Part shown: positions 30,110 through 40,240 of the stretch, in pieces
Position numbering within the stretch: position 1 is the stretch's first letter
How the letters are laid out: each line of letters starts with the position of its first letter
Source: an uncultured Rhodocyclaceae bacterium
GTDB lineage: Bacteria; Pseudomonadota; Gammaproteobacteria; Burkholderiales; Rhodocyclaceae
Reading direction: 5' to 3'
Assembly: GCA_900549295.1 (NCBI GenBank)
Contig: URNG01000001.1
Span: 323 to 64,322, forward strand
Length of the DNA: 64,000 bases
The notes under the pieces: model-generated
Seen by the model: the letters and a program-made list of their open reading frames with translations, nothing else
Databases searched by the model: none
Told to the model about the DNA's origin: nothing
Position numbers and translations under genes: made by a program

Positions 30110-32443
30110 ATGCTAGACATCGAAATCGACGGCAAGAAAGGGCAGGTGCCCGCAGGCAGCACGGTGATGGACGCCGCGCAGCAACTGGGCGTATATATCC
30201 CGCACTTCTGCTATCACAAGAAACTTTCCATCGCCGCCAGTTGCCGCATGTGCCTGGTGGAAGTCGAGAAGGCGCCCAAGCCCCTGCCGGCCTGCGCGAC
30301 GCCGGTGACCAACGGGATGAAGGTGTTCACGCACTCTGATCTGGCGGTCAAGGCGCAGAAGGGCGTGATGGAGTTCCTGCTCATCAACCATCCGCTCGAC
30401 TGCCCGATCTGCGATCAGGGCGGCGAATGCCAGTTGCAGGACATGTCGGTCGGCTACGGCCCGATGCAGAGCCGCTACACCGAGGAAAAGCGCGTCGTCT
30501 TCCACAAGGACGTCGGGCCGCTGATTTCCATGGAAGAAATGAGCCGCTGCATCCATTGCACGCGCTGCGTGCGCTTCGGCCAGGAAATCGCCGGGGTGAT
30601 GGAACTGGGCATGGCCAATCGCAACATGCATGCCGAAATCATGACTTTCGTCGGTCGTTCGGTCGATTCCGAACTCTCCGGCAACATGATCGACCTTTGC
30701 CCGGTCGGCGCGCTTACCTCCAAACCCTTCCGCTACACCGCGCGCGCTTGGGAATTGCAGCGCCGCAAGTCGGTCAGCCCGCACGATTCGGTCGGTGCCA
30801 ATCTGGTGGTGCAGGTCAAGCACGACAGCGTGATGCGCGTTCTGCCGCGCGAGAACGAAGCAGTCAATGAATGCTGGATCTCCGACAAGGAGCGTTTCGC
30901 CTATCAGGCGCTGAATTCGGAAGAACGTCTGACCAAGCCGATGGTCAAGCAGGGCGGACAATGGCGCGAGGTCGAGTGGAACGTGGCGCTCGATTACGTT
31001 GCGCACGGCCTCAAGGACGTGGCCCGCGAACACGGCGGCGATGCCATCGCTGCGCTGGCCAGCCAGACGGCCAGCGTTGAAGAACTCTACCTGCTCAAGC
31101 AGGTGATGCAAGGTTTGGGTTGCAACAACGTCGATTTCCGCCTGCGTCAGAGCGATTTCTCCACGGACGGCAAGACCGCTGGCGCGCCCTGGCTGGGCAT
31201 GCGTCTGGCTGACATCGAAAGTCTCGATGCCGCCCTGGTGGTCGGTTCCTTCCTGCGCAAGGATCATCCGCTGATCGCCCAGCGTCTGCGTCAGGCGGCC
31301 AAGAAAAATACCCAGGTCAGCCTGTTGTCGGTGACTGCCGACGATCAACTCATCAATCTGCACGCCCAGGCCAGCGTGGCTCCCGCACAATTGGCGGGCG
31401 CGTTGGCGGGCGTCGTGCGCGCCGTTGCCGAAGCCAAGGGGCAGCCGCTGCCTGCCGGGCTGGAAAATGCCAAGGTCTGCGAGACTTGCCGCAAGATTGC
31501 GGCCAGCCTTGCGGAAGGCGAAAAGAGCGCGGTTTTCCTCGGCAATGTGGCAACGCAATCGGTCGACTTTGCCCAGTTGCATGCCCTGGCTCTCGAATTG
31601 CAGCGTCTGTGCGGTGCCAGCGTCGGTTTCCTCGGTGAGAGTGGTAACACGGTCGGTGCCTGGCTGGCCGGCCTGCCGGTGGGCGGTGCCAATGCGCAGC
31701 AGATGCTGGCGCATCCGCGCAAGGCGTATTTCCTCATGGGCGTCGAGCCCGAACTGGATTGCGCCAATCCGCAAGCCGCCCGCGCCGCGCTCGATCAGGC
31801 GGCGCTGGTGGTGGCCTTGTCGCCCTTCAAAAACGAAGCGGCGCTGCAATACGCCGATGCCATCCTGCCGATTTCGCCCTATACCGAAACCGCCGGCACC
31901 TTCATCAATATCGAAGGCCGCGTGCAGTCCTTCAACGGCGTCGTCAAGCCGCGTGGCGAAACGCGCCCGGCCTGGAAACTCCTGCGCGTGCTCGGCAACG
32001 TGCTCAATCTGCCCGGTTTCCAGTATCAGAGCAGCGAAGAAGTGCGCGATGAAATCCTTGGCAGGAATGTCGAGTTCGCAGCCGGGCTGGACAATGGCCT
32101 GAACGGCGTGAGCTTGCAGTTGCCGGTCGAAAAGAACATCGCCCTGCAACGCATTGCCGATGTGCCGATTCACTTTGCCGATGCCTTGGCGCGCCGTGCG
32201 CCTGCCTTGCAGAAAACGGCTGATGCCCGCTCGCCGGTCGTGCGCGCCAATGCGGCAACGCTCGCGGCACTGCAACTGACGGCGGGCGACAGCGCCCGCG
32301 TGCGTCAGGGTCAGGGAATGGCCGAATTCAAGGTCGTGCTTGATGACAAGGTGCCGGACAACTGCCTGCGTCTGGCGGCGGCCCATGCGAGCACGGCCAT
32401 GCTGGGCGCGATGTTCGGCGAAATTTCCGTGGAGCGCGCATAA
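30110..32443 (+). CDS. nuoG: NADH-quinone oxidoreductase subunit G
   Basis: 75-kDa subunit; N-terminal 2Fe-2S and 4Fe-4S cysteine motifs. Confidence 0.92.
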   Translation: MLDIEIDGKKGQVPAGSTVMDAAQQLGVYIPHFCYHKKLSIAASCRMCLVEVEKAPKPLPACATPVTNGMKVFTHSDLAVKAQKGVMEFLLINHPLDCPICDQGGECQLQDMSVGYGPMQSRYTEEKRVVFHKDVGPLISMEEMSRCIHCTRCVRFGQEIAGVMELGMANRNMHAEIMTFVGRSVDSELSGNMIDLCPVGALTSKPFRYTARAWELQRRKSVSPHDSVGANLVVQVKHDSVMRVLPRENEAVNECWISDKERFAYQALNSEERLTKPMVKQGGQWREVEWNVALDYVAHGLKDVAREHGGDAIAALASQTASVEELYLLKQVMQGLGCNNVDFRLRQSDFSTDGKTAGAPWLGMRLADIESLDAALVVGSFLRKDHPLIAQRLRQAAKKNTQVSLLSVTADDQLINLHAQASVAPAQLAGALAGVVRAVAEAKGQPLPAGLENAKVCETCRKIAASLAEGEKSAVFLGNVATQSVDFAQLHALALELQRLCGASVGFLGESGNTVGAWLAGLPVGGANAQQMLAHPRKAYFLMGVEPELDCANPQAARAALDQAALVVALSPFKNEAALQYADAILPISPYTETAGTFINIEGRVQSFNGVVKPRGETRPAWKLLRVLGNVLNLPGFQYQSSEEVRDEILGRNVEFAAGLDNGLNGVSLQLPVEKNIALQRIADVPIHFADALARRAPALQKTADARSPVVRANAATLAALQLTAGDSARVRQGQGMAEFKVVLDDKVPDNCLRLAAAHASTAMLGAMFGEISVERA

Positions 32444-33490
32444 ATGGATGCCCTGATGAATTTCGGACAAGGTCTGTTCGGCGGTGCCTGGCCCGTCGTC
32501 TGGACGCTGCTCAAGATCGTGGCCATCGTCGCGCCGCTGATGCTCGGCTTGGCCTATCTCACTTATTTCGAGCGCAAGGTGATCGGTTTCATGCAGGTGC
32601 GCATCGGTCCCAACCGGGTCGGCCCCTGGGGCTTGATCCAGCCGATCGCGGACGGCCTGAAGCTGCTCCTGAAGGAAGTGGTGGTGCCCACCAACTCGTC
32701 CAAGGCGGTCTTCATCATCGCCCCGATGCTGGCTATCGCGCCAGCGCTGGCGGCCTGGGCCGTGGTGCCTTTCACCGACACCCTGGTGCTGGCCAATATC
32801 GACGCCAGCTTGCTCTACATCCTGGCCATGACCTCGATCGGGGTGTACGGCATCATCCTCGCCGGCTGGGCTTCCAACTCGAAATACGCCTTCCTGGGCG
32901 CGATGCGTTCGGCGGCGCAGATGATTTCCTACGAAATCGCGATGGGCTTTGCCCTGATTACCGTGCTGATGATCGCCGGCAGCCTGAATTTCGTCGATAT
33001 CGTCAATGGTCAGGCCGAGGGGCGCTTTGCCGATTGGGGGCTGGGTTTCCTGTCCTGGAACTGGCTGCCGCTCTTGCCGATGTTCCTCGTCTACCTGATT
33101 TCGGGCACGGCTGAACTGAACCGCGCGCCGTTCGACTTGGCCGAAGGCGAGTCGGAAATCGTTGGTTTCCACGTCGAATATTCGGGGATGGCGTTCGCGC
33201 TCTTCTTCCTTGCCGAATACGCCAACATGATCCTGGTGGCCGCGCTGACCTCCATCCTCTTCCTGGGGGGCTGGTTGTCGCCGGTGGGCTTCCTGCCGGA
33301 TGGCATCCTGTGGATGTTCGCCAAGATGTCCTTCGTGCTCTTCCTGTTCCTCTGGTTCCGCGCCACCTTCCCGCGTTACCGTTACGACCTCCTGATGCGC
33401 CTGGGCTGGAAAGTGTTCCTGCCGCTGTGTTTCTTCTGGGTCATCATCGTCGGCGCGTGGATGATTTCCCCGCTGACCATCTGGAATTGA
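32444..33490 (+). CDS. nuoH: NADH-quinone oxidoreductase subunit H
   Basis: ND1 homologue, multiple TM segments. Confidence 0.9.
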   Translation: MDALMNFGQGLFGGAWPVVWTLLKIVAIVAPLMLGLAYLTYFERKVIGFMQVRIGPNRVGPWGLIQPIADGLKLLLKEVVVPTNSSKAVFIIAPMLAIAPALAAWAVVPFTDTLVLANIDASLLYILAMTSIGVYGIILAGWASNSKYAFLGAMRSAAQMISYEIAMGFALITVLMIAGSLNFVDIVNGQAEGRFADWGLGFLSWNWLPLLPMFLVYLISGTAELNRAPFDLAEGESEIVGFHVEYSGMAFALFFLAEYANMILVAALTSILFLGGWLSPVGFLPDGILWMFAKMSFVLFLFLWFRATFPRYRYDLLMRLGWKVFLPLCFFWVIIVGAWMISPLTIWN

Positions 33491-33500
33491 GGAGAGAAGC

Positions 33501-33989
33501 ATGGGTTCGATGAAGGAAATCTTCGGCAGCCTCTTCCTCAAGGAGCTGTTGAAAGGCTTGGCGGTGACGGGCAAGTATTTCTTTGCCCGCAAGATCACCG
33601 TGCAATACCCCGAGGAAAAAACCCCGCAGAGTTTTCGCTTTCGCGGTCTGCACGCCCTGCGCCGCTATCCGAATGGCGAGGAGCGCTGCATTTCCTGCAA
33701 GCTGTGTGAGGCGATCTGCCCGGCCCTGGCGATCACCATCGAGGCCGAGCCGCGCGACGACGGTTCGCGCCGCACGACGCGCTACGACATTGATCTGACC
33801 AAGTGCATCTTCTGCGGTTTCTGCGAGGAAGCCTGCCCGGTCGATGCCATCGTCGAGACGCGCATCTTCGAATATCACGGCGAGAAGCGCGGCGATCTCT
33901 ACTACACCAAGGAGATGCTGCTGGCCAATGGCGAACGCTACGAAGCCCAGATCGCCGAAGACCGCGCGCACGACGCGCCCTACCGCTGA
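33501..33989 (+). CDS. nuoI: NADH-quinone oxidoreductase subunit I
   Basis: Two CxxCxxCxxxCP ferredoxin motifs. Confidence 0.92.
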   Translation: MGSMKEIFGSLFLKELLKGLAVTGKYFFARKITVQYPEEKTPQSFRFRGLHALRRYPNGEERCISCKLCEAICPALAITIEAEPRDDGSRRTTRYDIDLTKCIFCGFCEEACPVDAIVETRIFEYHGEKRGDLYYTKEMLLANGERYEAQIAEDRAHDAPYR

Positions 33990-34001
33990 CAGGTGCTTGT
34001 G

Positions 34002-34601
34002 ATGGAATTTCAAACCGCTGTTTTCCTGTTTCTCTCGGCCATCCTGATCTACGCCGGTCTGCGCGTGATTACCGCGCGTAATCCGGTGACGGCCGTGCTG
34101 CACCTGATGCTCGCCTTTTTCACCACCGGCGGCCTGTGGCTGATGTTGCAAGCCGAATTTCTCGGTATTGCCCTGATCGTGGTGTATGTCGGCGCGGTGA
34201 TGGTGCTGTTCCTGTTCGTGGTGATGATGCTCGACCTGAATTTCGATCAGTTGCGTCAGGGTTTCTGGCGTTATCTGCCGCTGGGGGCGATGGTGGGCCT
34301 GGTGATGGTGCTGGAAATGGGGTTGGTGCTGGGCAGCAAGTATTTCCAGGTGCCGCTCGCCGAAGCTGTCGTCGAACCGGGCATTTCCAATACCCGCGAA
34401 CTGGGCGCGCTGCTGGTGACGGATTACGTTTTCCCGTTTGAACTCGCGGCGGTCATTCTGCTGGTCGGCATGATCGCCGCCGTGGTGCTGACTTTCCGGG
34501 GCGGACCGAAGCGCTCCAAGGTGCCGAATCCGAGCACGCAACTGTACGTCAAGGCCAAGGACCGTGTGCGCGTCCTGCAAATGCCGGTTGAAAAAGACTG
34601 A
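34002..34601 (+). CDS. nuoJ: NADH-quinone oxidoreductase subunit J
   Basis: MEFQTAVFL… aligns with the E. coli NuoJ start MEFAFYI. RBS AGGTG. Confidence 0.88.
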   Translation: MEFQTAVFLFLSAILIYAGLRVITARNPVTAVLHLMLAFFTTGGLWLMLQAEFLGIALIVVYVGAVMVLFLFVVMMLDLNFDQLRQGFWRYLPLGAMVGLVMVLEMGLVLGSKYFQVPLAEAVVEPGISNTRELGALLVTDYVFPFELAAVILLVGMIAAVVLTFRGGPKRSKVPNPSTQLYVKAKDRVRVLQMPVEKD

Positions 34602-34613
34602 TCCGGGGCAAAC

Positions 34614-34925
34614 ATGCTGACACTTACCCTTTCCCATTTCCTGATTCTCGGCGCGATATTGTTCGCCATTGCCGTGGTCGGCATCTTCCTCAACCGGAAG
34701 AATCTGATCGTGCTGCTGATGTCGATCGAGCTGATGCTGCTCGCCGTGAATATGAACTTCGTGGCCTTCTCGCATTTCCTGGGCGATCTGTCCGGGCAGG
34801 TTTTCGTTTTCTTCATTCTTGCCGTGGCTGCCGCCGAGGCGGCCATTGGTCTGGCTATCCTGATCGTGCTGTTCCGTAACCTCAAGAGCATCCATGTGGA
34901 TGACCTGGGTAGTCTGAAGGGTTGA
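34614..34925 (+). CDS. nuoK: NADH-quinone oxidoreductase subunit K
   Basis: ND4L homologue. Confidence 0.9.
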   Translation: MLTLTLSHFLILGAILFAIAVVGIFLNRKNLIVLLMSIELMLLAVNMNFVAFSHFLGDLSGQVFVFFILAVAAAEAAIGLAILIVLFRNLKSIHVDDLGSLKG

Positions 34926-34927
34926 AC

Positions 34928-36955
34928 ATGGACATGAAATCGCTCTACCTGCTCGTTCCGCTGGCACCGCTCCTCGGTTCCATCATTGCCGGTCTGTTCT
35001 GCCGGGTCATTCCGCGCTGGCTCGCCCATACGGCGACCATCCTCGGCGTGGCGACGGCCTTCGTGGCTTCCGTGCTGATCTTTCAGGATGTCATGGCGGG
35101 CAACACCTACAACGGTACGGTCTATCAATGGATGGTCAGCGGGGATTACAGCTTCGAGGTCGGTTTCCTGATCGACACCCTGACCGCCACCATGATGCTG
35201 GTGGTGACTTTCGTGTCCCTGATGGTGCACATCTACACCATCGGCTACATGCAGGAAGACCCCGGCTACAACCGCTTCTTCAGCTACATTTCGCTGTTTA
35301 CCTTCTCCATGCTGATGCTGGTGATGGCCAACAACTTCATGCAGCTTTTCTTCGGCTGGGAAGCGGTGGGTCTGGTGTCCTACCTGCTGATCGGTTTCTG
35401 GTACACCCGCCCGACGGCGATCTTCGCCAACATGAAAGCCTTCCTGGTCAACCGCGTCGGCGATTTCGGCTTCATTCTCGGTATCGGTCTCGTGCTGGCG
35501 CATTTCGGCTCGCTCGACTACGCCGAAGTGTTCAAGCAGGCGCCGGATTTTGCCAACACGACCATCAACATCTGGGGCGCTCAGGAATGGTCGCTGATGA
35601 CCGTCACCTGTATCTGCCTGTTCATCGGTGCGATGGGCAAATCGGCGCAGGTGCCGCTGCACGTCTGGCTGCCCGATTCGATGGAAGGCCCGACCCCGAT
35701 CTCGGCGCTGATCCACGCCGCGACGATGGTGACGGCGGGCATCTTCATGGTGTCGCGCATGTCGCCGCTGTTTGAACTGTCCACCACGGCGCTCTCCTTC
35801 GTCATCATCATCGGTGCCATCACCGCGCTGTTCATGGGCTTCCTCGGCATCATCCAGAACGACATCAAGCGCGTCGTCGCCTATTCGACACTGTCGCAAC
35901 TGGGTTACATGACCGTGGCGCTCGGCGCGTCCGCTTACTCGGTGGCGATCTTCCACCTGATGACGCACGCCTTCTTCAAGGCGTTGCTCTTCCTCGCCGC
36001 CGGCTCGGTCATCATCGGCATGCACCACGATCAGGACATCCGCAACATGGGCGGCCTGCGCAAGTACATGCCGATCACCTGGATCACCTCGCTGGTCGGC
36101 TCGCTGGCTCTGATCGGCACGCCTTTCCTGGCTGGTTTCTACTCCAAGGATTCGATCATCGAGGCCGTCAAGTTCTCGAACATTCCCGGTGCCGGTTTTG
36201 CCTACTTCGCCGTGCTGGCTGGCGTCTTCGTGACCGCCTTCTACTCCTTCCGCATGTATTTCCTGGTCTTCCACGGCGAAGAGCGTTTCGGCAAGGATCA
36301 TCACGGCCATGAGGCGCACGATGAGCACCACGACGACGATCATGGCGACCACCATCACGGTCTGGCCCCCGGCCAGAAGCCGCACGAAACGCCGTGGGTG
36401 GTGACGCTGCCGCTGGTGCTGCTGGCGATTCCGTCGCTGGTGATCGGCTACATCGGCATCGGGCCGATGGTGGCGGGCGATTATTTCAAGGACGTGATCT
36501 ACGTCGATTCGGCCGTGCATCCGGCGCTGGCGCAGTTCCTCGAGCATTTCCACGGCGCGGCCGCGATGGGGCTGCACGCCTTCTCGACGCCGCCGTTCTA
36601 TCTGGCGCTGGCCGGCGTGGCCTTGTCCTGGTTCTTCTACATGAAGCGTCCGGACATTCCGGCCGCCATCCAGCGCCGTTGCGGCCTGATCTACGAGGTG
36701 CTGGAAAACAAGTACTACTTCGACAAGATCAACGAGTTCGTTTTTGCCGGCGGTGCCCGCGTTCTGGGCAAGGCATTCTGGCGCGGCGGGGACGTCGGGC
36801 TGATCGACGGTCTCATCATCAACGGCTCGGCCAAGGTGGTCGGCTGGGTGGCGACGATCAGCCGCCTGTTCCAGACAGGTTACGTTTATCACTACGCTTT
36901 CACGATGATCATCGGTGTTCTGGTGCTGATGACTTTGTGGCTGAACCACGCATAA
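34928..36955 (+). CDS. nuoL: NADH-quinone oxidoreductase subunit L
   Basis: ND5 homologue. His-rich insert near the C-terminus. Confidence 0.9.
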   Translation: MDMKSLYLLVPLAPLLGSIIAGLFCRVIPRWLAHTATILGVATAFVASVLIFQDVMAGNTYNGTVYQWMVSGDYSFEVGFLIDTLTATMMLVVTFVSLMVHIYTIGYMQEDPGYNRFFSYISLFTFSMLMLVMANNFMQLFFGWEAVGLVSYLLIGFWYTRPTAIFANMKAFLVNRVGDFGFILGIGLVLAHFGSLDYAEVFKQAPDFANTTINIWGAQEWSLMTVTCICLFIGAMGKSAQVPLHVWLPDSMEGPTPISALIHAATMVTAGIFMVSRMSPLFELSTTALSFVIIIGAITALFMGFLGIIQNDIKRVVAYSTLSQLGYMTVALGASAYSVAIFHLMTHAFFKALLFLAAGSVIIGMHHDQDIRNMGGLRKYMPITWITSLVGSLALIGTPFLAGFYSKDSIIEAVKFSNIPGAGFAYFAVLAGVFVTAFYSFRMYFLVFHGEERFGKDHHGHEAHDEHHDDDHGDHHHGLAPGQKPHETPWVVTLPLVLLAIPSLVIGYIGIGPMVAGDYFKDVIYVDSAVHPALAQFLEHFHGAAAMGLHAFSTPPFYLALAGVALSWFFYMKRPDIPAAIQRRCGLIYEVLENKYYFDKINEFVFAGGARVLGKAFWRGGDVGLIDGLIINGSAKVVGWVATISRLFQTGYVYHYAFTMIIGVLVLMTLWLNHA

Positions 36956-36987
36956 GCTGAATCGCTCGCAGAAAAGCAAGGAACAAC

Positions 36988-38472
36988 ATGTCAGATTACC
37001 CGCTGCTCTCTCTCGCCGTCTGGGTGCCTATTTTGGCCGGCGTTATCGTTCTGCTCACCGGCGGAGACCGCAACGCGCCTTTGGCGCGCTTCCTGGCGCT
37101 CATTGGAGCCATCCTCGGCTTCCTGGTCACCATCCCGCTGTGGACCGGGTTCGATGTCAGCCATTCAGGCATGCAGTTCGTTGAACTGCATCACTGGATT
37201 CCGCGTTTCAACATCAACTACCACCTCGGCGTGGACGGTATTTCCATGCTGTTCGTGGTGCTGAATGCTTTTATCACCATCATCGTGGTGGCGGCGGGCT
37301 GGGAAGTGATCCAGACCAAGGTGGCGCAGTACATGGCCGCCTTCCTGATCATGTCCGGCCTGATGAACGGCATCTTCACCGCGCTCGACGGCATCCTGTT
37401 CTACGTGTTCTTCGAAGCGTCGCTGATTCCGCTCTACCTCATCATCGGCGTTTGGGGCGGCCCCAACCGCGTCTATGCGGCGATCAAGTTCTTCCTCTAC
37501 ACCCTGTTCGGCTCGTTGCTCTTCCTGCTGGCCCAGATGTATCTGTTCTTCAAGTCGGGCGGCAGCTTCTCCATTCTCGACTGGCACCAGTTGCCGCTTG
37601 ATCTGACGCCGCAGATCTGGGTGTTCCTCGCCTTCCTGATCGCCTTCGCCGTCAAGGTGCCGATGTGGCCGGTGCATACCTGGCTGCCGGATGCCCACGT
37701 CGAAGCACCGACCGGCGGCTCCATCGTGCTGGCCGCCATCGCGCTGAAACTGGGCGCCTACGGCTTCCTGCGCTTCTCCCTGCCGATCGCGCCGGATGCC
37801 TCGCACGAACTGGCCGGCCTCATCGTCGCGCTGTCGCTGATTGCGGTGGTGTACATCGGTCTGGTTGCGCTGATTCAGGCCGACATGAAGAAACTGGTGG
37901 CCTACTCGTCGATTGCGCACATGGGCTTCGTCACCCTCGGCTTCTTCATGTTCAGCCCGCTCGCCGTCGAAGGCGCGCTGGTGCAGATGATTTCGCACGG
38001 CTTCGTGTCGGGGGCCATGTTCTTCTGCATCGGCGTCATGTACGACCGCGTGCATAGTCGGCAGATCGCCGATTACGGCGGCGTGGTGAACACCATGCCC
38101 AAGTTCGCCGCCCTGTTCATGCTGTTCACGATGGCCAACGCCGGTCTGCCGGCCACTTCCGGCTTCGTCGGTGAATTCATGATTATCCTGGCTGCGGTCA
38201 AGTTCAATTTCTGGGTGGCCGTGCTTGCCGCCACCTCGCTCATTCTCGGCGCGGCCTATTCGCTGTGGATGTACAAGCGGGTGATCTTCGGCGACGTGGC
38301 GAACGACCACGTCAAGGAATTGACCGACATCGGTGGCCGCGAATTCCTGATTCTCGCCGTGCTCGCCTTGTGCACCCTGTGGATGGGTCTGTATCCGCAG
38401 CCCTTCACCGAAGTGATGCACACCTCGGTCAACGATTTGCTGCGTCATGTCGCCGTCAGCAAGATTCAATAA
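36988..38472 (+). CDS. nuoM: NADH-quinone oxidoreductase subunit M
   Basis: ND4 homologue. Confidence 0.9.
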   Translation: MSDYPLLSLAVWVPILAGVIVLLTGGDRNAPLARFLALIGAILGFLVTIPLWTGFDVSHSGMQFVELHHWIPRFNINYHLGVDGISMLFVVLNAFITIIVVAAGWEVIQTKVAQYMAAFLIMSGLMNGIFTALDGILFYVFFEASLIPLYLIIGVWGGPNRVYAAIKFFLYTLFGSLLFLLAQMYLFFKSGGSFSILDWHQLPLDLTPQIWVFLAFLIAFAVKVPMWPVHTWLPDAHVEAPTGGSIVLAAIALKLGAYGFLRFSLPIAPDASHELAGLIVALSLIAVVYIGLVALIQADMKKLVAYSSIAHMGFVTLGFFMFSPLAVEGALVQMISHGFVSGAMFFCIGVMYDRVHSRQIADYGGVVNTMPKFAALFMLFTMANAGLPATSGFVGEFMIILAAVKFNFWVAVLAATSLILGAAYSLWMYKRVIFGDVANDHVKELTDIGGREFLILAVLALCTLWMGLYPQPFTEVMHTSVNDLLRHVAVSKIQ

Positions 38473-38484
38473 ACGGTAGCCGTC

Positions 38485-39963
38485 ATGTTTGAAAATTTCG
38501 TCATTCCCGATTTTCTGCCGGCGGCGCCGGAAATGTTCCTGGCCTGCATGGCCATGGCCATTCTCATGCTCGACCTGTTCGCCAAGGACGCGCGTCACTC
38601 GCTCGCCTTCTGGCTGGCGCAACTGACGCTGTTGGGCTGCGCCTTCATTCAGGTTTATACCAGCACGCCGGGGGTGGTTTACACCTTCAGCAACACTTTC
38701 GTCGATGACAGCCTGGGCGATCTGCTCAAGCTTTTCGTCTATCTGACGATGATGGTTGTGCTCTTTTACTCGCGCACCTATGTGCTGGAACGCCCGGAGA
38801 TGAACAAGGGCGAGTATTACGTGCTGGCCCTGATGGCGACTTTGGGCATGCTGGTGATGATTTCGGCCAATAGTTTCATCACGGTGTATGTGGGTCTTGA
38901 GTTGCTCTCGCTTTCGCTCTACGCACTGGTGGCGATGAACCGCGATTCGCTGCGTGCCACCGAAGCGGCGATGAAGTATTTCGTGCTCGGCGCGCTGGCT
39001 TCCGGCCTGCTCCTCTACGGCATGTCGATGATCTACGGCGCGACCGGCAGCCTGGAAATTTCCGAAATTGCGCAGGCACTTGCCGCCACGGAGGGAAATC
39101 GCACGGTGCTGGTGTTCGGCCTGGTCTTCCTGGTCAGCGGCCTGGCCTTCAAGCTGGGCCTGGTGCCTTTCCATATGTGGATTCCCGACGTCTATCATGG
39201 CGCGCCCACGCCCGTTACCCTTTTGATCGGCTCTGCGCCCAAGTTCGCTGCCTTTGCTCTGGTCATGCGCTTGCTGGTCAGCGGCCTGCTGCCGCTCGCT
39301 CAAGATTGGCAGGCCATGCTGGTGATCATGGCGGTGCTGTCGATGGCCATTGGTAATCTCGCCGCCATTGCCCAGAGCAATCTCAAGCGCATGCTGGCTT
39401 ATTCGACCATTTCACACATGGGTTTCATGCTGCTCGGTATCGTCACCGGTGTGGTCAATAATGATCCGCGCTATGCCTTGAATGCCTACAGTTCGGCGAT
39501 GTTCTACGTCATTGCTTACGTGCTGATGACGCTGGCTGCCTTTGGCGTCATCCTCCTGATGTCCCGCGCCGGTTTCGAGGCGGAAGAACTCAGCGATTAC
39601 AAAGGCTTGAACAAGCGCAGCCCCTGGTTCGCGGCCATCATGATGATCGTCATGTTTTCCATGGCCGGCATTCCGCCCTTCATCGGTTTCTTTGCGAAGT
39701 TCTCGGTTCTGCAGGCAGTGGTGGCTACCGGAGAGGTCTGGCTGGCGGTGGTAGCCGTGCTCTTCTCCCTGATCGGTGCCTTCTACTACCTGCGTGTGGT
39801 CAAACTGATGTATTTCGACGCGCCGGAAACCGAGGCGCCGATCGAAGCAGGCATGCATATGCGCCTCTTGTTGTCGGCCAATGGTCTGGCGGTTGCCGTG
39901 CTCGGTTTCTTCCCGCAAGTCATCATGACCTTGTGCGCTTATGCCTTGCTGACCTCATTCTGA
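38485..39963 (+). CDS. nuoN: NADH-quinone oxidoreductase subunit N
   Basis: ND2 homologue. Confidence 0.9.
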   Translation: MFENFVIPDFLPAAPEMFLACMAMAILMLDLFAKDARHSLAFWLAQLTLLGCAFIQVYTSTPGVVYTFSNTFVDDSLGDLLKLFVYLTMMVVLFYSRTYVLERPEMNKGEYYVLALMATLGMLVMISANSFITVYVGLELLSLSLYALVAMNRDSLRATEAAMKYFVLGALASGLLLYGMSMIYGATGSLEISEIAQALAATEGNRTVLVFGLVFLVSGLAFKLGLVPFHMWIPDVYHGAPTPVTLLIGSAPKFAAFALVMRLLVSGLLPLAQDWQAMLVIMAVLSMAIGNLAAIAQSNLKRMLAYSTISHMGFMLLGIVTGVVNNDPRYALNAYSSAMFYVIAYVLMTLAAFGVILLMSRAGFEAEELSDYKGLNKRSPWFAAIMMIVMFSMAGIPPFIGFFAKFSVLQAVVATGEVWLAVVAVLFSLIGAFYYLRVVKLMYFDAPETEAPIEAGMHMRLLLSANGLAVAVLGFFPQVIMTLCAYALLTSF

Positions 39964-39990
39964 GCGCTATCTGGCCTCCTGTCTCCGGCC

Positions 39991-40022
39991 TCGTTTATCA
40001 GCGCCCCGCCTCGTGCGGGGCG
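39991..40022 (+). terminator. nuoN-distal hairpin GCGCCCCGC-CTCGT-GCGGGGCG + TTGTG
   Basis: Seen in sequence. Confidence 0.4.
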
Positions 40023-40114
40023 TTGTGCATCCGGGCAGGCTGTTCTGCTGCTGTTCTCCTGTCGTCCGACGATAAACATCCGGCAGTTGCCTGCCCTGTG
40101 CTATGATTCGCGTC

Positions 40115-40210
40115 GGCGGGTCTCCCCGCATTGCAGGGTGGTGAACTTGGTCAGGTCCGGAAGGAAGCAGCCACAGCCATTTACTGCAAGTGCCGGGGGT
40201 TAGGCTCGCC
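40115..40210 (+). ncRNA. ffs: Signal recognition particle RNA (4.5S RNA)
   Basis: Contains the invariant domain-IV motif GGUCAGGUCCGGAAGGAAGCAGCC. Terminal helix GGCGGGUCU/AGGCUCGCC closes the molecule. Sits directly upstream of dnaX. Confidence 0.85.
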
Positions 40211-40240
40211 ACTTTCATTTTCTGCTTTGATGTGAGGCGC

